Below, piece by piece: positions 36,847 to 50,126 of a DNA stretch of 64,000 bases. The DNA lies in contig JALMLS010000438.1 of assembly GCA_038496445.1 (NCBI GenBank), forward strand, positions 165,580 through 229,579, given 5' to 3'. How positions within the stretch are numbered: the stretch's first letter is position 1; every line of letters starts with the position of its first letter. The notes below the pieces were generated by a model that was not told the DNA's origin, did not search any database, and saw nothing but the letters and a program-made list of their open reading frames with translations. A program made the translations under genes and the position numbers. Origin of the DNA: Trichosphaerium sp. ATCC 40318 (lineage: Eukaryota; Protista; Tubulinea).

Positions 36847-39178
36847 TTCAATGACGTACGGTCAAACGACAGAAATCTTCAATGAGCTAACAAGGTATGA
36901 TGTCCTAGAAAGCGTTACACCTCCAAACAGTATGAATGCCTCAAAACACTGTTTGCCGTTTGTTTTACTTCTAAAAATCAACGTACGTGTATAACTTACT
37001 AGCGCCACACTGGCGCTTACCCCACGCTAACAGAAGCACTCTCACAGAATTCAAACTGCAAAGCAGTTATATTAATGTGAGAACCTCCCACAACGTTGCT
37101 GTAGGCTTTCTAAACTCCGCCTGGGTCAAAATATACTCTTTGCTATGGGTTGTGAAATCACGTGGGTTTGGAACGGTTGGATTCGCTACAGGCGTGAGGG
37201 CAGATCATTTAAAAAGTGACATTTGCAAGATCTTGTCAGAAGTGTCAGATCGTCAGCTATGTTATGTGAAGAGCACTAGCTTGCCCGAATGTGAATTCAC
37301 AGAAAGTAAAAGCCCGTGAAACTTAGTGTAAATCCTGCTTATCTCAATTGTTTCAACCACAGGATTAACAGATAATGCATCTCATAACCACAATATTCGG
37401 AACGGCATCCGTTGTGATGTTGCTGCGTACGCTGTTAATTTAAACTTACTACTTTAAAATGTTAACTATTTTTTTTGTTGTTACAGTCCTCCTAACCCCA
37501 TCAAACGCCCAAAAAGGCCGTGATTGTAGTTGTTTTACGTGCGATTTATGCGATTTTACAGCTTCCGAGTGTAAAACAATAACAGCCGCTTCAGGTACGC
37601 AAAACGGGCAATAAATTGTTTGTTTTTATTAGTGGTTAATTATCCGTTTTGTTTCGTAATAGAAATATCCACTGGCGACACGTGTATCATTTTCAACTCA
37701 ATAATCACCGAAGATATTACTTTAGAAACTAATACAGCTTGTGTCCGTTTTATGCCTGGAAGTGGTGTTGTGGGCAGTCTTGATATCCATAGCACAGGAT
37801 TCGCTTGTGTTGAAATGACAAGTGCATCACTCACACTTACAACTACTTCTGAAATAAGGTCCGATCAAGCTGCAGTGTGAGAGCGTCTGATTCAACAATA
37901 ACTAATGGGCAATTGCGAATGATTGCTGCTATTCAAGATAGTCTGATAATGGAAGGTGGAGAAATAACAAGTGCTTTTTTGTACTGAACTAAAACACTTT
38001 TTTATGTTTTCTTACTTTATCTTTAAGCAATGCAGGTGCACCTTGCGCACAGTTTCTACCTTTAAATGGTGTTTCACCTGTCATTGGCCAAATCTCTAGT
38101 AATGGATTTGGCGTATGTTACGAGTTTCAAAACGCAGATGTAGGCGATATATCAAGTAAGTACTTTCTGTACTATCTACAAACTTATTGTTAATGTAAAA
38201 AGTGAATGGTCAAGGAGTAAACACCTTGTTTGCTACTTCAAGTAGTATGGGAAATATAGCAATTGCAGGGCCAATAGCTATAACTGAGGTTACTATGAGG
38301 GATGTTGTATTCAGGTCAATGACTTCTGCCGGAGATATTGCTACTATTGAAATTTCAGGATTTGATCTTAGTACATACTTACTTTTAGTTTAAAAACAGC
38401 AAACTGTTTTTACTTATGCTTGTTTAAATAGCTCAAGATGCTCCTAGTACTCCTATTGTAACTACCAATTCGGAAGATATCATATCTGTGACAAATTATG
38501 TTGGTTCTGGACCGAAACCAGTGATTGATAGTGGTGCAGGCGAGGACAAGTATGGATGGGTTTTTATTTTCTGATGAGGTGTTTTAATGACTTTATTGTT
38601 TTTTAGTTGTTGTGGTTCAGATGACACAGTGACAACTATCAATTGTGAATTGAATAGACTAGTACCAAGATCATGCTGTAGTAGACGTATTTGAACAAAA
38701 AGTTCAAGCAGAATTTTATACAGCGCCAAGATGTTCAGTTTGATAACATCACGTGATAAAAAAGTACAAGGATGTTAATAAATAAGGGTACTCCTTGAAG
38801 TACACTAAACCACTTGACGGTCGTTTCTACTATAGAGACTTTTATATCCTCTTGGCCCTTACGGTAACTAGTTAACTGACAAGTTTAATCGAGCAAGCAT
38901 GACAATTAAAAAAGTTACCCATTGAGGAAATGGCCACAGCGTCCACCTTGGTCCTACAAGCATACTTATTTCGGTCACTTTATCACCTTTGACTCAAGCG
39001 GTGTATGTAAGCCTTACAAACAAAGCTAGGCTTCCTAAACAGTGGTGTAGCGTTTTAGAAGGACCTTTTGTGTTTACTTGAATATGCACGTGTGGAACTA
39101 GGTTGTTGGTAGTGGTGGTCTGTTAATGGACTCTGCTAGTTCTGAAGAGTAAATGCTTACGCTTGACTAGTCGCTAGT
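36847..39178. repeat. Right arm of inverted duplication
   Basis: Matches the reverse complement of 30512-32979. Confidence 0.95.
37375..38694 (+). pseudogene. Secreted Cys-rich protein family, copy 3 (1-nt frameshift)
   Basis: gctgcagtgtga at ~37870 versus gctgcatgtgtga in copy 2 gives a premature TGA at 37880. Could be a sequencing error. Confidence 0.75.
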
Positions 39179-39966
39179 AGAAGTGGCAAATACCGGTCCG
39201 GTTTCAAGATATCGGTTTTCAGTCCGTATCCGAGCTTTCAGAATAGACCCGAGTATGCATATTCATTCAGTGAACATCAAAGAGAGTTAGTTGGTTGCTT
39301 GTTAGTTGTTGGCTTCTTTTTGAACCACCAGCTACTTTCTTTTGATTAAAAGTAGTCCTAAACGCCTTAAAATCAAAATTGCTACGCACGTGGTTGAAAG
39401 CCCTCTATCAGCCCTTGAATGCCTTGACTCTATGGTTTGTATACTAAATAACCCTCTAGTCACCCTTACCAAATTCTGGCTATGTTTATCCACCTAGGGA
39501 TGCAGCCGAGTGAGACTGAGTCTCTCCACCAATCTGGCAGTGTTGGAGTAACAAGAACAAATGAATCTAAACAAAAACAAACTTGACAAAGATATTGTGA
39601 CTAAAATTTATCGTCTATTAGAGTTGTATGATCATACCAATGATGAACCTAAGAAGGTAAATATTGCGTAAAGTGGTTTCACTATAGATTAAATGTAAAG
39701 CAAACAAAAAGAAAACTTGAAGCCGAGACAACTTAACCTTTTTTCTTTTCAGAAAAAAAAAACTGTTGTTTCTGACATTCGCTGTTAGTCTTGAGCCAAG
39801 TATGAAGTCTATAGTTACAAAGTACTCCAAATAGAATACATGAAGAATGATGACACTTCTTGATAGAGGCTAATGTAGTCAAACAATAAACTCACTTTCA
39901 AAATCAAAAGAAAAAAACAGTAAATCATGACGTTACAACATTTTCTTTTTTTACCAACTACGTGCG

Positions 39967-40527
39967 TCATACCGCGTAGTACATACCACAAACTTGCGTG
40001 TATCTATCCTTTTGGAAGCACAAAACTGTTACAACCTCGCGTTCAATGATATGGTGTTTTAGCGTTGATTAGAAGGTTCTTACTCCATTTGGACGTTAGG
40101 AGTTATAACGTACACAAAAGTAGGTAAAGGTCGTTTATTATTACTTAGTACCCTCGTACAACTCTTCAAAAGTGACTTTACCCTAACACAAGAGTCAACA
40201 AACCATCAAACGATAAAAACGGATAAAATTCTACGTACATCACCGCTGGTGTCCATGCTCTTCAAGAAAGCCTTTGCTTCAGCTTCGGTGTTCTCTTTTT
40301 TAACGCCCCACTCTTTCATCACCTGCACAACACTCAGAACAATGAATCATAGCGTAACGGATGGTTTGAAAGCGGTTTCAAAACACTTTAGCAAACAAAA
40401 ACCGTTTTCTTTACGTGAGTAGCGACTACGTGTTTATGTGTACCTGAATAGCTTCATCAACAGTTACAAAACCGTTACCATCTTTGTCGAATTTATCGAA
40501 AAATGCCTTTGCTTCTGCTTTATCCAT
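39967..40527 (-). CDS. Small two-EF-hand calcium-binding protein
   Basis: MDKAEAKAFFDKFDKDGNGFVTVDE...MDTSGD|GKVTFEE. Last exon ambiguous. Confidence 0.85.
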
Positions 40528-40927
40528 GTTGATGCTATTTGATATTTGGCCGAAAACTAGTTTCAGAAAACTCGCGGTAATTCAAGGTTAAGGCAAGCTT
40601 GTTATGAAATACGCCTTAGCCAAAATACTGGAGTTCCCACTTGAGGGGCTTGACTGTAGATCAGACAAACAACACGAGCTGTCGTCAACAAATGGCTTGT
40701 TACCATTTGTTTATCAGTTATTTCTGACTTCAGCCTACAGTCCCTCTCCTCAAGTCATACTGTGAACAATCAATGGCTAGTTTCCGTTCTCTTCCGGTAT
40801 CTTAGACTGCTATTACTTAGAATTTAACTTTGATACGACCATTTAAAATACACGTCTTTTTTTTTTATTGTCATTCAATTTTTTCCTTCTCTTTTACATT
40901 CGTTTACCATCAACCACCACCTGAAGA

Positions 40928-41577
40928 TTATTCCCCAGTAAGATCTACAATATTAGGTTCAGGTCCAGCCCACCTTGTCTTGATTGTTCTTTGATGTATT
41001 GTTTCAACTTTAAGAGCAGAAATTGCATTAACAGCGTTTTTCAAGCCAACACTTGAATAATTATGCTGTTTTAATATAATACCATCTGGCCTCCAAAGCT
41101 TATAAACACCAGATATATTACCCTTATCATCTAGAAAGCAATGCTCACATATCTGTCCAGTCTCGTAATAAAACTTACATTCAACAGGAAGACCATTTTC
41201 ACAACGAATTGATTGCTTTACTACAGGCAATCCATCAACTTCTTTTTCATAAAACCGCTTAAAAGTCCCATTACGCTTGAGCACGTGATTAAATCTAGAA
41301 GTAGATGCAGTGTAAAAGCATAGCAGAGGCCATTTAATAAAACTATCAGATCCTGCGTTCATTATGAGGTACTGTAGCTCGAGAGGAAGTCGAAGTATCA
41401 GAGGGGTATTTCTAAAGCGAAAAAAAAGACGTTAAAAGAATATTTTGTTGTGAAAATAACACACCCCAATGCCGTTGTAAAATTTTTTTATGGGTATAGG
41501 CGGTATGCATGGTATACTACGTACCTCCAGGCTTCATCTTCGTTGGAATTTTCGAGGGTAAACGGACGTTTAGCCAT
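40928..41577 (-). CDS. F-box-like + MORN-variant repeat protein
   Basis: ILRLPLELQYLIM, then NGTFKRFY, FYYETGQI, GVYKLWRPDG. One intron. Confidence 0.75.
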
Positions 41578-41851
41578 AAAGGCCTTCGGAACGTGGTAAT
41601 TAAATTCGGCGGTGCGTAGACGTGAAGTTAAAACAATTTTAAATGTTGTATTTGGCTGATCAAATTCCTGTTTTCACCCCAAAATCCAAGTTTTTGCTGG
41701 ATTTCTGTTTAAGACGCGTGATCAGGTTTAAAAAGTATCGGAATATATTATGTATTGTTTTATCTACTACTGAAAGTATTTATACGCGATGAGAAGTTAA
41801 AGTAAGAGAGAATATTTCAAATACATTTTTTACTTTTATATTTTTTTATTG

Positions 41852-43052
41852 TTAAATCGTCGCCACAGAATTATAGTGTTCTCCGAGTGTAAACTCATGT
41901 TTGTGATAAGTGATGTACAATGGGTCATCTATAACATCAATACAGTAAGTAAGGGATGAAAGAATAGAAAAATAATAACTTTGCAAGGAGGTGGAGTACA
42001 ATTGAAATTTCAAAAAAAAAAAAAAAGTATCATACTCGTGAATTCTTCTCCCATAATTATTTTAGGTGACTCCGCGCTGTATATATGTATAGGCTTCTTT
42101 AAAGATTTAACTAATGCCTGTAACTCTATTTGACCTCCCCACTCGTTCGTGGTACGTAGCTTCTCGATGTATCCATCAAAATCATCTGCGAACAAAATGT
42201 CAAAAACAAAATGCGAGAAAAATAAAAATTAAAGACACGCACTGCTATCGTCCATGAACTGCAAAAAGTCATCCTTGTGTGCGACTATATAATCAGCTGC
42301 TGTCTCCCTTAGTTCTTTTACATTTTTTTCCACGTTATAGCGTTGTAATTGGTCTGATATTGCAGCATATAAGCAATTACCATCAGGTCTAATATTCTTC
42401 ATTTTAAAATTATCTTTTTTGATTATCTCGAGTATGCTCTTTCTTTCAATACTACGCTTTGATGGTCCTTGTTGCTCCATCTTACGTTCTCTTTCTAATC
42501 TTGCATCACGCTCTGATTGTCTTTGAGCTGCCTGACACCGAAAGTAAGCTCTTAAAACGTAAAAACAAAGAAACTTCAAAACCAATTTGAAGAATCGTCA
42601 AAAAAACGCTTGCGAACCTGTTCTTGTGCTTTTTTCTCTCTTGCTGCCTTTTCTTCAGCTGACACCTTTATTGTCATAGTATCCTCTTCTTCTTGTTTGT
42701 CCTTCGAAAAAAGTTAGGCGCCATAAGGAATTTCTGATGGTTTTGAGGTGTAATTGGCGTTATTTCGCGTATGGGTACCTCAATAACTAGTTCTCCTAAT
42801 CTTTCGAGCAATCCGTTCCATTCTGTCTTATGACGCTCTTTTTGTTCTGCCTCTTCTTCCTTCTGGTTTCTACTGCGTTTAGCAGCCCTTGGCAGCTTTT
42901 TCCATGTCGCTTTGAACTCCTTTCTAGCGTAAGTAAACGGTCACCAGTCCCTTTCATGTATCAGGGAGTAGAATACGTACTTTTACTTCTTTCACATGTC
43001 TTTGACGCATTTGTTTTTTAGTCTCGTTAGCAGGAGGCCGTTTAGAAGACAT
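41852..43052 (-). CDS. OTUD6B: OTU-domain deubiquitinase, OTUD6B/Otu2-like
   Basis: IRPDGNCLYAAISDQL, WGGQIELQAL, HEFTLGEHYNSV, with an N-terminal coiled coil. Confidence 0.92.
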
Positions 43053-43195
43053 TGTGGCTGATTTGTAACTGACTGTTTATTATTAATGAGCGACAATACT
43101 GTTATAAGGGTTCCTTTTAATTAGTGACAAGCGTCAGAACGTGTACGAAGCTAATATTCTGTAGATTAAGTCTACTATTGGCTATAGAACCTTGA

Positions 43196-44854
43196 ATGCT
43201 TCTAAGAGCCCTATCAGCTGCGTCAAAAGTATCAGCAACTACGACCAAGTTCGTAAGTTCTTGTACAGCGACGTATAGCAATCGGTCAGTAAAAAACCAA
43301 ACAAGAAAACATGGGATAGATGAAAGCTTGAACCCGCTCGTACAATGGAATTTGCTATTAGGTATCTAAATACAACAGTTTAACGCTAAAAAGATAAAAG
43401 GCGGTGGAATGCAGCTTGCCGGAGGCCATGCTACTTCTAGTATACGTACGGCACCATAATCGTCTACGTACGATACCGTAATTGTTTTTTTAGTGTTTTT
43501 CTCTCCAACACAACAATTAAATGCTGGACACGCGAAAGTAAGCAACTAGTAGTTTCTTGACATGTTTTAAAACGAGTATTTGTAGTGGCAGAATGTAGCT
43601 CACAGAAAAGCCAAACAAGACGGTGACAGACAGCGTATGTTTGGTAAAATATCACGAGAGATAAGATCATGTGCTAGGCGTACGTCAAAAAGCGCTCTAA
43701 AAGCCAAACTAAAAAAAAAACACGTTGAAGCAATTTTGACGTTTTGTAGTGTTTGGATCTGACCCAGACTCTAACTGGCAGCTTGCACTGTTACTACAAC
43801 GTGCTAGACGTATGAATTTGCCAAGGGCTAACATTACAAAGCTCTTGAGTGAGGTACGAAGTTCTTTTTTTTTTTTCTTTTTTTTATTATTATTTCGAAC
43901 AATTGTTTTTTTATCTCGTTTTGTTCAACCTCATTTAGGCTGATGCAAGTACAGCCGAAAGTCTAGAATATGAGTGTTATGGACCACATGGATTAGCTAT
44001 GGTTATTAAGGTTGGTTTGAAAGTGTTACACGAACGTTTATTTCTTTTTTTTTTTTTCTGTTTTCTTTGAGGTCAGAGTTCAGCTCTTTTCGCTGATTCT
44101 TTGTTTTAGGTCTTGACAGATAATAAAAATAGAACACTACAGAAACTCAAGCTTGTGCTCAGTAAGAATGGGTATGTAATCGATAAGATAAAGGTTTTTG
44201 TTAATAACTGTTCATAGAGGAAGAATGGGAAGTCCTAATTGTGTAAAGTATATGTTTAATAAACGCGGAGCACTCTCGGTCAACAGTAATGGTAAATCTG
44301 AAGACGAGGTCTTTGAGTTTTGCGCAGAGGCTGGTGCTGAAGATATGGACGTTGGTGAGGACGGTAAATTTTCTGTACGTACAGTAGCAGTTAAATAGCA
44401 ACCAAAAATGGTTAAAGGTTTTTTTGTTCACGTTGACTTTTTTGTTCTTTGTTTTTTCTTAACATAGCTGTTTTGATATGTTTATATGCGTATCAAAAAA
44501 GATTGCTCTTTATGTGTTCAGTATTATTTAAAGCGTACTTCTTAAAAATAAGTGACCTGAACGTTGATTATATCTGATCTTTTTTCTTGTTTTTTTCTGT
44601 TTTTTTCTAAAATGGTAAACTATTTCTAATCAGTGTTTTATCAATAGATTACATGTCCATTTACTGAGACAATGAATATACAAAAAGCCCTTGAAGCAAA
44701 AGGACTTACAATAGAAGAAGCAGAAATTGAAGAAATATCAGATAATCCTATTGAAGTTGATGAAGAGGAAGATCTTGAGGAAATTCAAGATTTGTTAGAG
44801 AAAATAGAAAATTTGGATGATGTTGTAACAGTTGTACATAATTGTGAGATGTAA
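43196..44854 (+). CDS. TACO1: YebC/TACO1 family protein with mitochondrial transit peptide
   Basis: MLLRALSAASK.., AGHAK|WQNVAHRKAKQD, DPDSN..L, YECYGPHG, LTDNKNRT, LEKIENLDDVVTVVHN. Confidence 0.93.
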
Positions 44855-45799
44855 TAAAACCCAAACAAAGCAACAAGAAAAAAAATAGAGGTCACAGCTT
44901 ACACAAGCGCCAGTGCTCCTATCACAACCTGCACTAGTGCAGCCGTCATAGCAAGCTTTGTTGCAGGTATCGACAAGTAATCCTGTTTGCACTATATGAT
45001 ATGAATCTAGAAGGTCTAAAGTCCCTGCACAGTGTATATACACTCAATGACTAATGCGTCCTTAGGATGTTAAAGATCGTACGTCTATGCAACCGATTTA
45101 GAGTTTATCTTCATACCGTTTAGCTTTTTCGCTAGCTGAAATTGAGGCACTCCGGATTATTCTTAGTTTGTACTCAAGTAACAGAGCTGGAGTTCACATA
45201 ATTTATCTTCGGAATACCTCAGTACCTAACAGTATCTAAGCGATGTCAGGAGTTCATACTATGCTCATGTAGAATAAACGAGGTGAAATGAGCAACCACC
45301 AAATCTGCAAATAGTTGTTTCGTTATAATTTCTTACCTATGTCACGTGTTTTTCTCTTCCTGTTAATACCTTGCCATCTGTGTTTCTTACGCCACACGTA
45401 CAAGAGGTAAAAGATAGCTGCTTACGCAAGGATCCAAGCAGCGTTATACTCGTAGATTCATGAACTAGAATCATAGCAACTTGTAGTCACCAACATGCAG
45501 TGGCCTTTTGACTTGTCATCTTGTAGCTTGTCCAACAGGAAAATTATCTTCTGGAATTGTACCATGGAATGCGAGAAGACTTGATAGTGGAGAAAGAAAA
45601 TTAAAGGGAAAGAATTAACTTCGCAAAAAAGGCGTTTCATCAATCTATCACTAAACCTCACTATTCAAAAGCTATGTGCCCCACACAGGCTTGATACTTT
45701 GGTGACACGTGACACTGGATTGAAATACGATGCAATTTTATAGAATCAAAGTGCCAGCATGACCAACACTTTGTGTTTCTTTTTTTAATATTATTAGAA

Positions 45800-46570
45800 A
45801 GAGCACATGGCTTTGTGATATTTACTAGAGTTTATTGTGGTTATACACAAAGATTTAGCTGCTTTTTCTTCTATTCTGCTACGATAAACATCAACTTGTT
45901 TGAGAGATTTCAAGTGCTTCATACATTCATTTGTAATTCTGTTACAATTACGAACATAGGTACTCAAGATTGACCAAAGGTTTCATATCTGCGTCTTTTA
46001 AGTTGCCGCATGAGGTCAAGTGTAGATGCTTAACGTTACCCAAGAATTTAAGTACATCAGTCATGGCATTGTCGTTATAAATATCTAACGTATGAATATT
46101 GCCAAGTTGTTGAAGCCATGAGTCTTTTGGATCATCAAGCATAGTTCATGCACATCCTTTAGCGCCTTAATCCCTTCAACAGTAATGTTGGAGCAACCAG
46201 TGATGTTTAACTTGTATACACCACTTAGAGCTTGCAATGAAGAGTCCGTGATGCTTGAACGTCGAAGACAAAGGGTGTGAACACCACGATGGCACTTCAA
46301 GTCATCAAAAGAAAGACGTAAACCGTTACAATAGATGTCAGTGTTTTTAAGCAATGGGCTGTCTTTGAGTACAGCGCATTCTTCTGACGACTTCAGCGTT
46401 ATCTCAGTAAACCCAATATTGCTTCGAATGATATCATTGAAGAGATGAGAGACCGTAGAAGTTGTGATACGCTCCTTTCTCGCTAGATATTGTATAATAT
46501 TCGTTAATGTCTCTGGAGGTATCTGCAGTGGTATCTGTTGTTTCACCAATCATTTTTTAGCCGAGGACAT
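45800..46570 (-). pseudogene. F-box/LRR pseudogene
   Basis: In-frame TGA at codon 7, frameshift at ~46140 and further decay. Paralogue of 60333-61430. Confidence 0.8.
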
Positions 46571-47329
46571 TAGGAGGTGTTGATGTGGTTGTTGTAGTTG
46601 ACTTATAGATTCTTTAAGAGCTTTTTATCAATCTTAATTTCAATCTAGGAATTGTAATCACTGAATTAAGTTTTATCCAGCTTAAAGGCACTGTGTGACA
46701 TCGTTGTTTTACGTAAAAATGCTGCTCACTAAGTCGTCGAATATCAAGAACTTAGCGAATTAAGTATTACGTAACTTCAGTCATGTGTTGGCAAGCATAC
46801 AGCGCATTAAAATGTATGAAAAGCGATTGTCCTCGGTAGTACAGCACTAATAGCGGTGATGAAATTGGATTGGTCTAAGTGCGGCTATAATCGCTTCTAT
46901 GACCTTCCAAGTCCTCACCACTGGTGGTCGTGCAAGCCTCATAGCACATAAATATGAGATCTTCAAACCAAGTTGTAGCTTTAATTATGTCTGGGAAGTC
47001 AAGATCGAAGCCAAAGTTGTACTTAGATATTCCTACCTTGCGGAATAAAACAGGCATTCTGGGCAAAAGTAAAAGGACAATTCTAACTAGTGTAGTACTG
47101 CGCCTTGTCACACTCTATGCGAGTATTAAAAACACTAGATTGAGGCCATACAGAACTGTAAAAAACAAGAACATTGTTGTGATTGAATTTTTATTTATTT
47201 CAATATTTTTGAGAAAAAACGTTGTTCACTGGTTTTCATGTTAAAAAAAAATGGATTTTTTTTCCCCGTCCGCTTCGGTATTGTACAAATTATTTACACT
47301 TAATTTCTATCCCACAAATTTTCTATTTA

Positions 47330-48616
47330 TCACTCTATCATATACTCGTCTTTGTATACTTCATGTATAAACCCAAGTTCAGGGAATAAACAAGGAGGTG
47401 GAGTGGCTGGAGATGGTACGAAATCAAACTTTGTTTGCCAAGTATTTGTCGTTTCCATCTGCGATTGACGAATCTTCAAATCAGGACATGACTTACTGAG
47501 CATACTTAAGGAACTCATAGCTTGATTCAGAGGAATTTCTGGAACGACAACTTTGTTCTTTTGTGGCTTGTTGTTCTCTTCAGAATTTTTTCGCTTTTTT
47601 CTAGGCCATGTTTCTCTTCTTCTGTGACCACTTCCGGTTCTCTTTAGTTTGAATTTGCTTTTAAAGCCATGATCTTTAGCGAGAGTCTAGAGGACATATG
47701 TTAGCTTATAGTAACATGAAATTGCTCAAAAGAAGTTTAAACAATGTACCTTTAACCAAGCGAGAGCGTCAAGCAAATCACTTGAAGATCTTGTACCCAA
47801 ACACCATTCGATTTTATCAAGTTTTAAACCCCATTGAAATATTGAGTATACAGCCAGGTATGTCTCCCTCGGAGTCCATGGGCCATTTCTTTTAGTTAAT
47901 TTAATGTCTTGGCTATCCATCTCCATCATAGAGGCATCCATCTGAGCGAAAGTGTAAGAATGGAAAAACGTCTGTTGAAAAAAAAACTGCAAAAATCCAA
48001 AAAACCATTTTGGCGGCGTCTCGCGTTTTCACGAACCTCTTTAACTCCATTGCTCATCTCTACACGCGGTTCAGATCCAAGAGATACGACACCTTTTTAA
48101 TTTGTTAATACGAGAATACGTCCAACATCACAGAAAGTCAAACGACCCAAAGTAGGTTAATTTTTTTATTACCCACGTGATTGTTTTTATTACGAAAATA
48201 AATTTTTGTGTGTTTTGGTAGTAGTTTTTTGGAAATGCGTGTAGTACCTGTGTACTTTACTTTTTGATAATGTGTTCTCACTTGTGATGGGCTTTTCGTT
48301 TTAACACGCTCAGACACTTCATGTCTATCCTCACCATGTTGAATACCATCAAACCCAAGACGCCATTCGCGTGGAGACCATTGTCCTTTTCTGTAACGTT
48401 TAACACGCTCTTCGGCTTCTTGTTTATGTGATAAACCGAATGAAATACCCTAGAGGTTTGTATAAGAATATTTTATCGGATGTACTTTTTATCTCCAGAA
48501 AATACAGTTAAAAAAGAAAAAAAATTTCGTCAAAAAAAAAAGTAAACTATTTTCCGTACTGCGTTACTATGTTGTGGGTAAACAATTGACTCTGTTGTAT
48601 AGCTCTTCCAATCCAT
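47330..48616 (-). CDS. Myb/SANT transcription factor with two repeats
   Basis: RKGQWSPREW...VKTKSPSQVRTHYQK (SHAQKYF-like) and RNGPWTPRET...LGTRS. Confidence 0.82.
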
Positions 48617-50126
48617 GTTTATTTAATAGTTAAAGTAAAAAAGCAAGCCAAGTTGTCACCAACGTATTTTTTTCGTCTTTTTTCAGTGTGAATCAAACAA
48701 TCTGACTTAATTAAAAATGATTAAAAACTAAACAACTTAACGTTGAATCCGTTCCCAGTTATTTGTGTTACTAAAATGAAAAAGTTTCCACACCATTGCT
48801 GTATTTGGGTACCTAAATCCACCCGAATATCGTCATCCACCGTGCTTAGCAACGTTGAAAAAGGTTGGATTTTCCATGTAAAACCGCTAGTCAAGTGCTA
48901 CTTTCCTTCGTCCTCCGGAACTCCACAAAAAGGCTCCTAGCGTATCTTAGTATTTGTACTTATAGAAAAAAGTAACCCATCACATGAACCTTTCTTTAGA
49001 GCCTTTTAAACGCACAGGCAACCCTTGCAGGTTCTGACTTTTTTGAATTTCTTTGTGTGGTTTTTTTTCCCTCGACGAAAAAGAAAAAAAAGAAACTTAA
49101 GAATGTCATTGTACCCATCGTCCAAATATGCATCCTGGTTCCAACGTCCAAGCCTTAAATACGTACACAACGAAACAGTGATTGGATGACGCTATCAGCC
49201 ATGTGCAGTCGATCTTACTTATGTTCACCCGACAAAAGGCAATACATCAGAATAATATTCTATACCTCATTAAACAATTAGACTCGTGTTTTCCATTTTT
49301 TGTAGTTTTTTTGAGTATTTGATGACGGGACATATCTAAAAGTAGCAAACACATCTAGAACGCTTTATAATTATATTCGCACGTGATTAAAACGGTTTTT
49401 AAAAAAATACTGTACGACAGATACACTAACGCGTTCCAAACAGATCATAACAGTCTTAGGAGTTTCTACAGTACTACAGGAGTTTATTTTCGAAGCTATT
49501 CGCTTACCCAGCTCATCCTTTATTCACTTAACTTTACACGATTGTGATCTCTTTAGTTATCGCGTCACTTCAGTCGTATGTGTACAAACACCGGAACGCA
49601 AAGTATATTGATTTAGTATTACTTGTAATAGCAGTATATAGAGACAGAGGTGGAAATGATGAATTTGCATGAATGTGATACTCTCCGCACGTTCAGACTT
49701 TAGTTGTCACAGAATACGCCGTGTAAACTAGCGTAGAGCCCAATCATGCCGATAAATTTTAGTATATACGCAGCTTCTCTGTTTAAAACAAGTACAATGT
49801 CATAATATTTTTGCTGCAAGAAGGTTAGGTTCACTTGTTTAAAACCTGTTATACAGAAGAAATGAAAAAACGAGTGCAAACATTATACATAATAGTCACA
49901 TGATGAATGAACCGTCGGGAAACAAGGACACACGCACGAGTTTTGAGCTTGGGGTTGATAACCTTACAAGCATTTTTGTTGGCTAGTATTTCGCTGCAGA
50001 CTAAGAACAAGCCAAAACACAAAAGTAGACAAAAACAATTTGTCGTTTCAAGAAAAAACATAAGCTCCGGTATTGCAGTACTGGGTCTACTATTTTATTT
50101 ATTATAACACAATTACAACTGCATTA

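Noticed and set aside
46549-46553. In-frame TGA as possible selenocysteine or readthrough
   Set aside because: The same gene has frameshifts, TGA terminates other genes here, and no SECIS was seen. Pseudogene is the simpler explanation.
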